A stretch of 31,139 nucleotides of DNA, from assembly GCA_004376385.1 (NCBI GenBank), contig SOJY01000063.1, positions 1 through 31,139 on the forward strand, given 5' to 3'. Below the pieces are notes generated by a model. The model did not search any database and was not told the DNA's origin. It worked only from the letters and a program-made list of their open reading frames with translations. This stretch comes from Candidatus Bathyarchaeum sp. (lineage in GTDB: Archaea; Thermoproteota; Bathyarchaeia; Bathyarchaeales; Bathyarchaeaceae). Of this stretch, positions 1 through 7,697 are shown piece after piece; the stretch's first letter is position 1, and each line of letters starts with the position of its first letter. The translations under genes were made by a program, and so were the position numbers.

Positions 1-127
1 GACTTTGGAAAAAAGGTTGTTTTCAACAATCAGCTGTTATTAGTCTCCTAATATGTTTAGTTTTTTGTGTCTGCTCTGAGGATTGTGTGTAGCTTTTTCA
101 GGCAGTAATATGCACATTTTCTGGCGT

Positions 128-141
128 CATAATATTTAATA
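128..141 (+). promoter_or_regulatory. Putative archaeal BRE-TATA promoter
   Basis: CATAAT followed by TTTAATA about 30 nt upstream of ATG 173. Confidence 0.4.
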
Positions 142-172
142 CTCTGGTTAAAAATAAGTACTGCAACAAAGA

Positions 173-1342
173 ATGGTTAAGTGTATGTCTTCACCACCCA
201 GACATCAGAAGATACTCATTGTCTCTCTTTTCATTTCGTTACTGCTTCTTCTATCTAACAGCTGCTTAGCCGCCACCCACAAATACAGCTACGAACTTCT
301 AGACAGTCCAGGCGGCTCCACAACTTATCGCTTAACGGTCTCAGTAACCGAAACGCTCTATGATTACTACAGTAGCCAAGACCATAAGCTCTACAGTTAC
401 GATTTCTCCAAATTCGTGACCCCAGACGCTCTGAAGCCAATCGCAGACGACCTATGGACCATCTACAGCAACAAAGAGGACTTCGCAAACGGCGTCCTCA
501 TGATATTACATCAGATTCCATACTTAGAAAGCGACCCCCAAAAATATCCCGTAGAAACCCTTGTTGAAAACGAGGGAGACTGCGACCTCTTCTCTATAAT
601 GGCAGCCTCCATAATGAAGGCGGGTGGACTCGATGTAGTCCTGCTTCTCCTTGAGCAGCAGGATCACATGCTGGTGGGTGTTCATCTGCCAGAAAGCCCA
701 AAGGATGCTAGGTCTCAGCTTTATTTTTACAGGCATGACGGAAAGAAATACTATGTAGGCGAGACTACTGGGGGTAAGTGGGAGACTGGGTGGCGCGTTG
801 GCGAGTGCCCGGAGATTCTTCGAAGATCATCAGCAAAAGTAATACCCCTAACGAATTATGAAAGGTCAGCTCCGGGGCAGGTTTCATCCAGCTACACTAT
901 CCCAGATTCCTCGGAGATTTACATGTCGCTTTCCACGAATTTCGCCGTTTATCAAAACGATGTAGAGATAAGTGGATCACTTTCGCCTTCCTTGGCTGGA
1001 GAAACAGTCACGTTATATGTCAGTTCGATGGGTTCTCCTTTAGTTATGCTGGCAACGGTTGTAACCGACTCCAACGGACAGTATTCCCACATCTGGTATG
1101 CTCCGCCCGGTGGAATATATTCTGTCAGAGCCAACTGGTCGGGAGACGAGGACTACAGCGGTGTAGACAGCAGCGCATTCAGCCTTGTGGTCATACCCTC
1201 TGAGTTGCTGATGGTCGGAGCCATTCTGATCATCTTTTTGGTGATTCTTCTAGTAGTGACGTTGGCAACGAGAGGAAAGACATCGGAAAATCAGGAAACC
1301 TTCGAAGAATGGGATTTCGCGGATTACCCCCAAGATTTCTGA
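173..1342 (+). CDS. Secreted, membrane-anchored transglutaminase-like cysteine-protease-fold protein with an Ig-like domain
   Basis: N-terminal hydrophobic signal (ILIVSLFISLLLLL); GDC...DHM...ETT candidate Cys-His-acid triad; beta-rich GSLSP..GETVTLY..TDSNGQY..YSVRANWSGD Ig-like segment; C-terminal TM helix and acidic tail. Confidence 0.7.
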   Translation: MVKCMSSPPRHQKILIVSLFISLLLLLSNSCLAATHKYSYELLDSPGGSTTYRLTVSVTETLYDYYSSQDHKLYSYDFSKFVTPDALKPIADDLWTIYSNKEDFANGVLMILHQIPYLESDPQKYPVETLVENEGDCDLFSIMAASIMKAGGLDVVLLLLEQQDHMLVGVHLPESPKDARSQLYFYRHDGKKYYVGETTGGKWETGWRVGECPEILRRSSAKVIPLTNYERSAPGQVSSSYTIPDSSEIYMSLSTNFAVYQNDVEISGSLSPSLAGETVTLYVSSMGSPLVMLATVVTDSNGQYSHIWYAPPGGIYSVRANWSGDEDYSGVDSSAFSLVVIPSELLMVGAILIIFLVILLVVTLATRGKTSENQETFEEWDFADYPQDF

Positions 1343-1399
1343 AAACTTGTCTAACAGAAAAAAGCATAAAATATTCCAAGTTACGGGGACGACGGAGCC

Positions 1400-2062
1400 A
1401 TGAGCCTGAAAATCGATTCTAAACTCAACACTCGTTTTCCAGACCTTACTGCTCTTACGCTCCAAGTTAAAGACGTGAAGATTCAGAAGAGAGACGCTGA
1501 GCTGGAAAAATTCAAGCTTGAGATAGTTAAGCAGGTTAGGAGAGAGTATGACCTAGACGCGGTAAAGGATCAGCCGATTTTCAGGTCTTACCGAAGCTTT
1601 TTCTGGAGAATAGGAATAGATCCCACAAAAATCCGTCCAGCAGCAGAGGCTCTGATCCGAAGAATTCTAGCAGGAAAAAACCTTCCATGCATAAACACTC
1701 TTGTTGACGCCTACAACCTAGCTTCTATTAAGAGCAGAATTGCCTTAGCAACCTTTGATGCGGATAAACTGGAGGGAAACCTTCTCATGAGATTCGCAGA
1801 AGAGGGCAAGCAGTTCTATGGAATTGGAATGGAGAAACCTTTGGTCTTGAAAGGTGGAGAGATAGTTGTCTCCGACGAAGAGAAGCTGATAGCTGTTTAT
1901 CCGTATCGGGATGCTGACAACACAAAAGTAACCGAGAAAACAGAAAACGTATCAATAGTGGTTTGCGGAGTTCCCGGCATAAACGAAGAAACATTAGAAA
2001 ATGCCTCACGCGTTGCACTGGAGTATATAAATTGTTTCTGTGACGGAGAAAACCGGAAATAG
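1400..2062 (+). CDS. Stand-alone B3/4 domain protein (PheRS beta editing-domain-like, putative trans-editing deacylase)
   Basis: YRSFFWRIGIDPTKIRPAAEALIRRIL, INTLVDAYNLAS, FDADKL and F.GIG motifs typical of B3/4 proteins. Confidence 0.85.
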   Translation: MSLKIDSKLNTRFPDLTALTLQVKDVKIQKRDAELEKFKLEIVKQVRREYDLDAVKDQPIFRSYRSFFWRIGIDPTKIRPAAEALIRRILAGKNLPCINTLVDAYNLASIKSRIALATFDADKLEGNLLMRFAEEGKQFYGIGMEKPLVLKGGEIVVSDEEKLIAVYPYRDADNTKVTEKTENVSIVVCGVPGINEETLENASRVALEYINCFCDGENRK

Positions 2063-2166
2063 CGGTCTCTTACAGCGAGAAATGTGGTCTTGCGGCTAGG
2101 TTAGATAAACATTTATAGTGTTGATGTGTGTAGTAAATTTCATCTAGTTTCAGGGTATAGAGTGCT

Positions 2167-2580
2167 ATGACAGAAGAAACGAAGCCCCAAACCGAAGAAC
2201 CCCAAACAGAAGAAACCCAAACTGAAGAACAACAAACCGAAGAACCCGAAAAAGAACCAAACCAAATCGAAGAAGTAACAAAACTTTCGATTGATAAACC
2301 GTCTGACTTCAAATTCCATGCAGCTTATCTTGCTTATTCTAAGACATGGGATAAAATAGCCTCACCAAACACTAGAACTGAATTGAACGATATGTTGTTA
2401 TCCCTTTCTAAGGAAGAGATGGATTACTCAAGCTTCTACAGAGCATTAGATGACTATAGAAGGCGCGGTTCCAAACACTACGAATTCTCAAGAGAACGCA
2501 TAGAAACACAAAGAAAACGAGACTGGCGAAAAAAACAGACCAGAAGCCAAAGAAACCAAAGACACAAAGGAAAACACTAA
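2167..2580 (+). CDS. Hypothetical protein with acidic repeat N-terminus and strongly basic C-terminus
   Basis: Clean 137-aa ORF; TTTATA about 55 nt upstream; no recognised family. Confidence 0.7.
   Translation: MTEETKPQTEEPQTEETQTEEQQTEEPEKEPNQIEEVTKLSIDKPSDFKFHAAYLAYSKTWDKIASPNTRTELNDMLLSLSKEEMDYSSFYRALDDYRRRGSKHYEFSRERIETQRKRDWRKKQTRSQRNQRHKGKH
2188..2247 (+). repeat. 4 x 15-bp in-frame tandem repeat encoding QTEE[P/T/Q]
   Basis: CAAACCGAAGAACCC / CAAACAGAAGAAACC / CAAACTGAAGAACAA / CAAACCGAAGAACCC. Confidence 0.9.
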
Positions 2581-2622
2581 ATCTTCCCGTGCCTTTTTCA
2601 AAGCATCATAATTTTTGTGCCT

Positions 2623-3618
2623 TTAAAGCGCATCTATTATTGCGTCTGTAACCTGCTTTGTGGACGAAGAGCCTCCAAGGTCAGGAGTCAAAACTTTTCC
2701 TTCTTCCAGAACGGATACGACAGCTTTTTCGACGCGTTCAGCCCACCGGTTTTCGCCGAGATAATCCAGCATCATCTTAGACGCCAAAATAGCAGCCATA
2801 GGATTCGCAATTCCCCTTCCTGCAAGCCTAGGAGCAGAACCGTGAACAGGCTCAAACAGGGCATAATCTGCTCCTATGTTGGCGCTTGGAGCTAAACCTA
2901 ATCCTCCAACTAAACCCGCCGCCTCATCCGAGAGAATATCCCCGAAAAGGTTTGAGGTTACAATAACGTCGAAAATGTGAGGTTTAAGAACGAGCCTCAT
3001 GGCTGTAACGTCAACAAATGCCTCTTCCACTTCCACGTCAGGATAATCTTCCGCAACTTTGCGTGAAACCTCAAGAAATAGACCATCCGACTTACGCAAC
3101 ACATTCGCCTTAGTAACTACGGTCACCTTTTTGCGCCGCTTCATTGCCAAATCAAAAGCAAACCGTGTGATCAGTTCAGTCGCCTTTCTTGTGATTACCC
3201 TGAGGGTATAGGCAGAATCGGGCAGTTCAAACTCCATGCCGCTGTACAAGCCTTCTGTGTTCTCTCGCACAATCACCAAGTCAACATCTTTCATGCTTTT
3301 CTGAATAGGATAGCTCTTGGCGGGTCTAACATTAGCATATAATCCCAAGGCACGCCTCAACGTTATGATCGCGCTTTTGTAGCCAGGCACACCAACAGGA
3401 GTGGTGGTAGCCCCAAACAAGCAAGCTTGGGTCTTCCGTATTTCCGTTAAGACTTCATCAGGCACTGGAGTACCAGTTTTTTTGAAAACCTCGTACCCAA
3501 TCTCCATGTAACGGCAATCAAAAGTTAAGTCTGTGCTCTCCAGTAAACGGACAGCTTCAGGAACAACCTCAGCCCCAATTCCAGGACCCGGAATAACGGC
3601 TAGCTTATACGTTGTCAT
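2623..3618 (-). CDS. Homoisocitrate dehydrogenase (isocitrate/isopropylmalate dehydrogenase family)
   Basis: [53 protein letters not shown]; substrate assignment from the Lys-cluster context. Confidence 0.85.
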   Translation of the reverse strand: MTTYKLAVIPGPGIGAEVVPEAVRLLESTDLTFDCRYMEIGYEVFKKTGTPVPDEVLTEIRKTQACLFGATTTPVGVPGYKSAIITLRRALGLYANVRPAKSYPIQKSMKDVDLVIVRENTEGLYSGMEFELPDSAYTLRVITRKATELITRFAFDLAMKRRKKVTVVTKANVLRKSDGLFLEVSRKVAEDYPDVEVEEAFVDVTAMRLVLKPHIFDVIVTSNLFGDILSDEAAGLVGGLGLAPSANIGADYALFEPVHGSAPRLAGRGIANPMAAILASKMMLDYLGENRWAERVEKAVVSVLEEGKVLTPDLGGSSSTKQVTDAIIDAL

Positions 3619-4090
3619 AGCCGTCGCTTCGGAGAAAGTTTACTAAACCGCCCTTCTCCACGATCCTCTGCATGAATTCGGGCAGCGGCTTCGCCTTGAG
3701 AACTATGTCCTTAGTTTTGTCGCGTACCTCACCAGTTTTGATGTTTATTTCAATGTCGTCGCCATCATCAATCTTGTCAGCGTCTTCACAAACAAAGAGC
3801 GGAAGCCCAATGTTTATGGAGTTCCTGAAGAAAATTCGGGCAAACGTTTTGGCTATAACTGCACTGACTCCCGCAGCCTTTATTGCCACAGGAGAATGTT
3901 CCCTAGATGAACCGCAGCCGAAGTTGCTTCCCGCAACTATAACGTCTCCCTCTTCTACTTCCTTAGCGAATTCTGGTCGGTACTCTATGAATGCTATTTC
4001 GCCTAACCGTTTCCTGTCGGTTGTAACAGTGTATCTTCCGGGCGTGATAACGTCTGTGTTTATGTCGTCTCCAAATTTCCATGCTCTCAT
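3605..4090 (-). CDS. hacB: Homoaconitase / isopropylmalate isomerase small subunit
   Basis: WKFGDDINTD.ITPGRY, NFGCGSSREH, FARIFFRNSINIGLP. Confidence 0.88.
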   Translation of the reverse strand: MRAWKFGDDINTDVITPGRYTVTTDRKRLGEIAFIEYRPEFAKEVEEGDVIVAGSNFGCGSSREHSPVAIKAAGVSAVIAKTFARIFFRNSINIGLPLFVCEDADKIDDGDDIEINIKTGEVRDKTKDIVLKAKPLPEFMQRIVEKGGLVNFLRSDGYDNV

Positions 4091-5334
4091 ATGTAATCCC
4101 TCGGATCAACAATCTTTCCGGTTAACGCGGCTGCCGCAACTGTTGCTGGAGAAGCTAAAATAATTTCCGCTTTCGGATGTCCCATTCTTCCAGTGAAGTT
4201 TCGGTTCTGGCTTGAAATACAAACCTCTCCCTCACACAATACTCCCTCGTGTCTACCTACGCAGGCGCCACAGCTGGGGTTGCATACGGTTGCACCCGCC
4301 GTAACTAGGTCCTGCAGGTAACCCTTCTCGAAGGCTGCAAAGTAAATATCCTCAGAAGCAGGAGAAATTATGAATCTAACGTTTCGGGCAATCTTTTTGC
4401 CTTTCAAGATTCTTGTAGCAACCTCGATGTCCTCTAATCTTCCGTTCGTGCATGTTCCCAGAAAGGCTTGATCTATGGGTTTTCCTTCAACCGCGGAGAC
4501 AGGCTCCACGTTGTCTACTACTGGAGGAAGCGCAACTTGAGGCTCAACATCTTCAACCTCTATCTCATATTCATCCGCGTAAACTGCATCTTTGTCGCTT
4601 CTGAAGATTTTTCCTGTTCTTCCTCCCAGAAAATCGAGTGTCTTCTGGTCAGCTTCAACTATGCCGTTTTTGCCTCCCATCTCAATAGCCATGTTACACA
4701 AGGTCAAACGGGAAGCGATGCTTGCGTTCTTCACGTAGTCTCCGGTGAACTCGCAGGCTTTGTAGAGGGCGCCGTCGGCTCTAACGTCTCCAACAATACT
4801 GAGGATAACGTCTTTGGTGTAGACACCTTTCTTTGTTGAGCCAGTTAAATTGAATTTTATGCTTTCAGGAACCTTGAACCAGCATTTTCCAGTAGCCATG
4901 GCTCCCCCAATGTCAGTTGACCCCAAACCAGTTGTGAAGGCGCCCAAGGCTCCTTCGGTGCAGGTGTGAGAATCAGCTCCAACAAGAACGTCTCCGGGAG
5001 CGATGAATTTTTCAACCAAAAGCTGGTGACAGACTCCGTTAGTGAAGAACCCAGAAAGGTTCTGGTCCATAACAAATTTTCTTGATTTTTGGTGCATAGT
5101 TGCTCCTGCTACAGTTGGCGCAGGAAAGAAGTGGTCGAACACGATTATGACGCGGTCTTTGTCGAAGACTTTGTCCGTGATTTTGTAGAAGCTTTCGATG
5201 GCTAAAGGTCCCGTGGAATCGTGGGCCATAGTATAGCTTACGTCGGCGACTACATAGTCTCCGGGAGCCACTTCTTTTTTGTGCGAAGCGTTGGCTAAGA
5301 TTTTTTCAGTTATTGTAGATGCCATCTTTTTCAA
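4087..5334 (-). CDS. hacA: Homoaconitase / isopropylmalate isomerase large subunit (start may be ATG 5325)
   Basis: DH, GVCHQ, GADSHTCT.GALG, LCNM..E.GGK, GTCTNGR and CGAC [4Fe-4S] cysteines, NRNF.GRMG. Confidence 0.9.
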   Translation of the reverse strand: MKKMASTITEKILANASHKKEVAPGDYVVADVSYTMAHDSTGPLAIESFYKITDKVFDKDRVIIVFDHFFPAPTVAGATMHQKSRKFVMDQNLSGFFTNGVCHQLLVEKFIAPGDVLVGADSHTCTEGALGAFTTGLGSTDIGGAMATGKCWFKVPESIKFNLTGSTKKGVYTKDVILSIVGDVRADGALYKACEFTGDYVKNASIASRLTLCNMAIEMGGKNGIVEADQKTLDFLGGRTGKIFRSDKDAVYADEYEIEVEDVEPQVALPPVVDNVEPVSAVEGKPIDQAFLGTCTNGRLEDIEVATRILKGKKIARNVRFIISPASEDIYFAAFEKGYLQDLVTAGATVCNPSCGACVGRHEGVLCEGEVCISSQNRNFTGRMGHPKAEIILASPATVAAAALTGKIVDPRDYI

Positions 5335-6572
5335 CTCTTTTCAATTTCACGTATTATTTCTTTAATTTCATCTGGAGTGTAGGAACTTCTTCGTCCATCG
5401 CGAGAAAAGGAGACCTTTACTCTCTCAAGAACCTTTCTCGCTGTCTCATCAGAGATTTTAAGACCCAACTCTTTTTCTGCCACAAAAATGATTCCGTGTC
5501 TTCCGCTAAGTTCATCTATGTACACTTTTCGTCTTTGACCCATCATCCTAGGCGGATAAAACTCGTATGTGGTCGGGTTAACGAGAACTCCATGCTGGTG
5601 TATGCCTGAACTGTGGGCGTTTACGTTATTTCCCGTCAACGGTTTGTGAGGAGGCATTCTTATTCCCGAAATCTCTTGAACAAGATTAGATAATGAAGTT
5701 AGTTGGCTCATCTCAAAGGAGCTTGCTCCATACAATATGTGCAGGGCAGGAATAATTTCTTCTGTCATTGTTATTCCCGCTCTTTCTCCTAAACCATTCA
5801 CAGATGTCGATACTGTTGATGCGCCAGCTTCTACAGATGCCAACGAATTTGCGAGAGCTAAACCAAGGTCGTTGTGGCAATGAACCTCGATTGGAATATC
5901 TATTTCTTTTCCGATTTCTCTGACTAGAAACGCCATTCCGTTTGGGCTTACGCATCCCAGAGTGTCAACGACTCTTGCTCGGTCTGCCCCTGCTTCCTCT
6001 GCTGTCTTGTAGGCTTTCTTCAAGAAATTCAGGTCGTTTTCTCGGGTTGTGTCCTCTGCGCTGTAGATGACAAAAAGCCCATAACTTTCTGCGTAACTGA
6101 TCATTTCAGTAAGCTTTTCCAGATACGTCTCTTTGCTCATGCCCTTGAACTTGTATTTCCGGTGATAAGGAGAAATGGAAAGGGACACCACGATGCCGTC
6201 GGCTCCGCTGTCCGCGACAACAGCAATATCCTCTTTTTTTGCGCGGGCGAAAGCGGATAGTTGAGCATCCAAATTCAGTTTAACTAGGGCGTCGACACAT
6301 TTTCTCTGTTTCTCTGAGGCGGCTGGGAATCCAGATTCTATCTGCGGTATCCCCACTTCATCCAGTTTCTTGGCGATTTTCAGTTTGTCTTCTATACTAA
6401 ATATTACGCCGGGGGTCTGTTCTCCCTCTCGTAGAGTGCTGTCATGAACAATATATTCGTCTAAGGAGGGAGCGTTGTAGTTAGCGAAGTTGTAGGGGCT
6501 TGAAAGAATACCTTCCCTTTTCAGTTTCTTTAGTAGCTTTTGCCCCTGTTCGTTAACATATTCTTCTTCCAC
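5331..6572 (-). CDS. Homocitrate synthase (DRE-TIM family, no IPMS regulatory domain)
   Basis: DSTLREGEQ, HCHND.G.A.AN, NGLGERAG, H.SGIH; GTG start with AGGAGG upstream; too short for the LeuA C-terminal domain. Confidence 0.82.
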   Translation of the reverse strand: MEEEYVNEQGQKLLKKLKREGILSSPYNFANYNAPSLDEYIVHDSTLREGEQTPGVIFSIEDKLKIAKKLDEVGIPQIESGFPAASEKQRKCVDALVKLNLDAQLSAFARAKKEDIAVVADSGADGIVVSLSISPYHRKYKFKGMSKETYLEKLTEMISYAESYGLFVIYSAEDTTRENDLNFLKKAYKTAEEAGADRARVVDTLGCVSPNGMAFLVREIGKEIDIPIEVHCHNDLGLALANSLASVEAGASTVSTSVNGLGERAGITMTEEIIPALHILYGASSFEMSQLTSLSNLVQEISGIRMPPHKPLTGNNVNAHSSGIHQHGVLVNPTTYEFYPPRMMGQRRKVYIDELSGRHGIIFVAEKELGLKISDETARKVLERVKVSFSRDGRRSSYTPDEIKEIIREIEKS

Positions 6573-6639
6573 TTCGGTGAGCCCTCCTTTTCACACTGTT
6601 TTGTTAATTAGGTTTCGGAAGAATACAAAACGCACAAAC

Positions 6640-6653
6640 ATATATACTTTATG
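6640..6653 (-). promoter_or_regulatory. Putative BRE-TATA for the hcs-hacAB-hicdh operon
   Basis: Minus strand CATAAAG-TATATAT about 70 nt upstream of the GTG start. Confidence 0.45.
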
Positions 6654-6727
6654 TAAAAATGACGCGTGTAGAATACGAAAAGATTACTGCCGTTTCTGAA
6701 ACCGTAATCATGTATTGTAATGGAAGT

Positions 6728-7147
6728 TTACCAGCTGCGTAAGATTATCATGGTGTTTGTGTTGGAGACGCCCGTGAGTCGTCGTATCTTCTCAAGGCAG
6801 TCGTTGACCTCGGTTATGTTTAATCCTGATATGGTAACGGCGATGTCGTATTCTCCAGTGATCTCGTAGACTGTTTCCACGTTAGAGAACTGCTTGAGCG
6901 CTTTGGAAACATCCGAGGTCGGCAAAGACGGATCTACTGAAAGAAGAGCTATGGCTTCTGTGCCTTCTGTGAGTCCAACCTTGACGGTGAATCGCTGTAT
7001 TGTCCCCGAATCAACAAGGGCTTTGATTCTCTTCCGAACAGCTCCCTCAGACAAGCCAATTCTCTTTCCGATGTCGCTGTAGGTGGCTCGACCATCATGT
7101 TTCAGAATTTCGATTATCTCCTTGTCTGTATTATCCACTTTTTTCAC
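6728..7147 (-). CDS. lysM: Lrp/AsnC-family regulator, LysM type (start GTG 7147 or 7138 rather than 7246)
   Basis: D..D..IIEIL..DGR..Y..IG..IGLSEGAVRKRIK HTH; PT..VSK, VYE.TG.YDI and TNT.IILR.W C-terminus like Sulfolobus LysM; divergent from lysW. Confidence 0.85.
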   Translation of the reverse strand: MKKVDNTDKEIIEILKHDGRATYSDIGKRIGLSEGAVRKRIKALVDSGTIQRFTVKVGLTEGTEAIALLSVDPSLPTSDVSKALKQFSNVETVYEITGEYDIAVTISGLNITEVNDCLEKIRRLTGVSNTNTMIILRSW

Positions 7148-7295
7148 GCCCACTGTATTACAGTTGCGGAAAAATTTAACGGTTTCTGAACGTTTTGCAG
7201 CAGATTCGCAACGATTTCCGTATCCCGTCTCCCCTTTTCTCACCATAACTTGGAATATTTGTTGTTTGGATTTTTGACGGTTACAGCACCAATCC

Positions 7296-7308
7296 TACGA
7301 ATTTCGTA
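7296..7308. promoter_or_regulatory. Perfect palindrome TACGA-ATT-TCGTA, candidate LysM box
   Basis: Inverted repeat in the lysM/lysW intergenic region; degenerate copies at 7210-7222 and 7347-7359. Confidence 0.55.
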
Positions 7309-7350
7309 TAATAAGTTGGAAAACGTGCAAAACCATCAGTTAGAAATCCG

Positions 7351-7365
7351 AAATTCTTATAAATA
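7351..7365 (+). promoter_or_regulatory. TATA box of the lysW operon
   Basis: TTATAAATA at 7357-7365; SD GAGGTG at 7400-7405. Confidence 0.55.
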
Positions 7366-7411
7366 GCAACCTTTTCTATAAGGTTTCATCTAAACCAAAG
7401 AGGTGGAAGTT

Positions 7412-7588
7412 GTGAAAAAAGCCAACTGTCCCGATTGCGACGCGGAAATAGAAGTCCCAAATGACGTCATGAAAGGAGAGATTCTGAGCTGCCCAAGCTG
7501 CGGTCTTGAACTAGAAGTGACTGAAAACAAGGGAGATTCTGTGGAGCTAAAAGAATTAGGAATTGAAGGGGAAGACTGGGGAGAATAG
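7412..7588 (+). CDS. lysW: LysW amino-group carrier protein (start GTG 7412 after the GAGGTG SD; track starts at 7403)
   Basis: CPDC...CPSCG zinc finger, acidic, invariant C-terminal EDWGE. Confidence 0.97.
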   Translation: MKKANCPDCDAEIEVPNDVMKGEILSCPSCGLELEVTENKGDSVELKELGIEGEDWGE

Positions 7589-7600
7589 GTTCCCCTCATC

Positions 7601-7618
7601 ATTTTCTTTTTATTGTTT
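7601..7618 (+). terminator. T-rich tract after lysW, possible leaky archaeal terminator
   Basis: ATTTTCTTTTTATTGTTT 12 nt after the lysW stop. Confidence 0.35.
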
Positions 7619-7697
7619 ACATGCGAAACAAAAAAGAGGCAGACCGAGAAACATCTATGGATCATAAAACGTTTGAAGCAAGGATGTAAGAACAGAT

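Noticed and set aside
2188-2247. Tandem repeats as a CRISPR array or mobile-element end
   Set aside because: Contiguous 15-bp in-frame coding repeats with no spacers; no cas or transposase genes in the window.
6583-6711. Short minus-strand ORFs upstream of homocitrate synthase (MITVSETAVIFSYSTRVIFT; MFVRFVFFRNLINKTV)
   Set aside because: Neither is Lys- or Leu-rich; one lies upstream of and one starts inside the likely TATA box. The second shows Phe-rich ORFs can arise by chance in T-rich promoters, so it serves as a caution for the main finding.
7148-7246. 33-aa N-terminal extension of LysM
   Set aside because: It runs through the intergenic operator region; the Lrp HTH begins at GTG 7147/7138.
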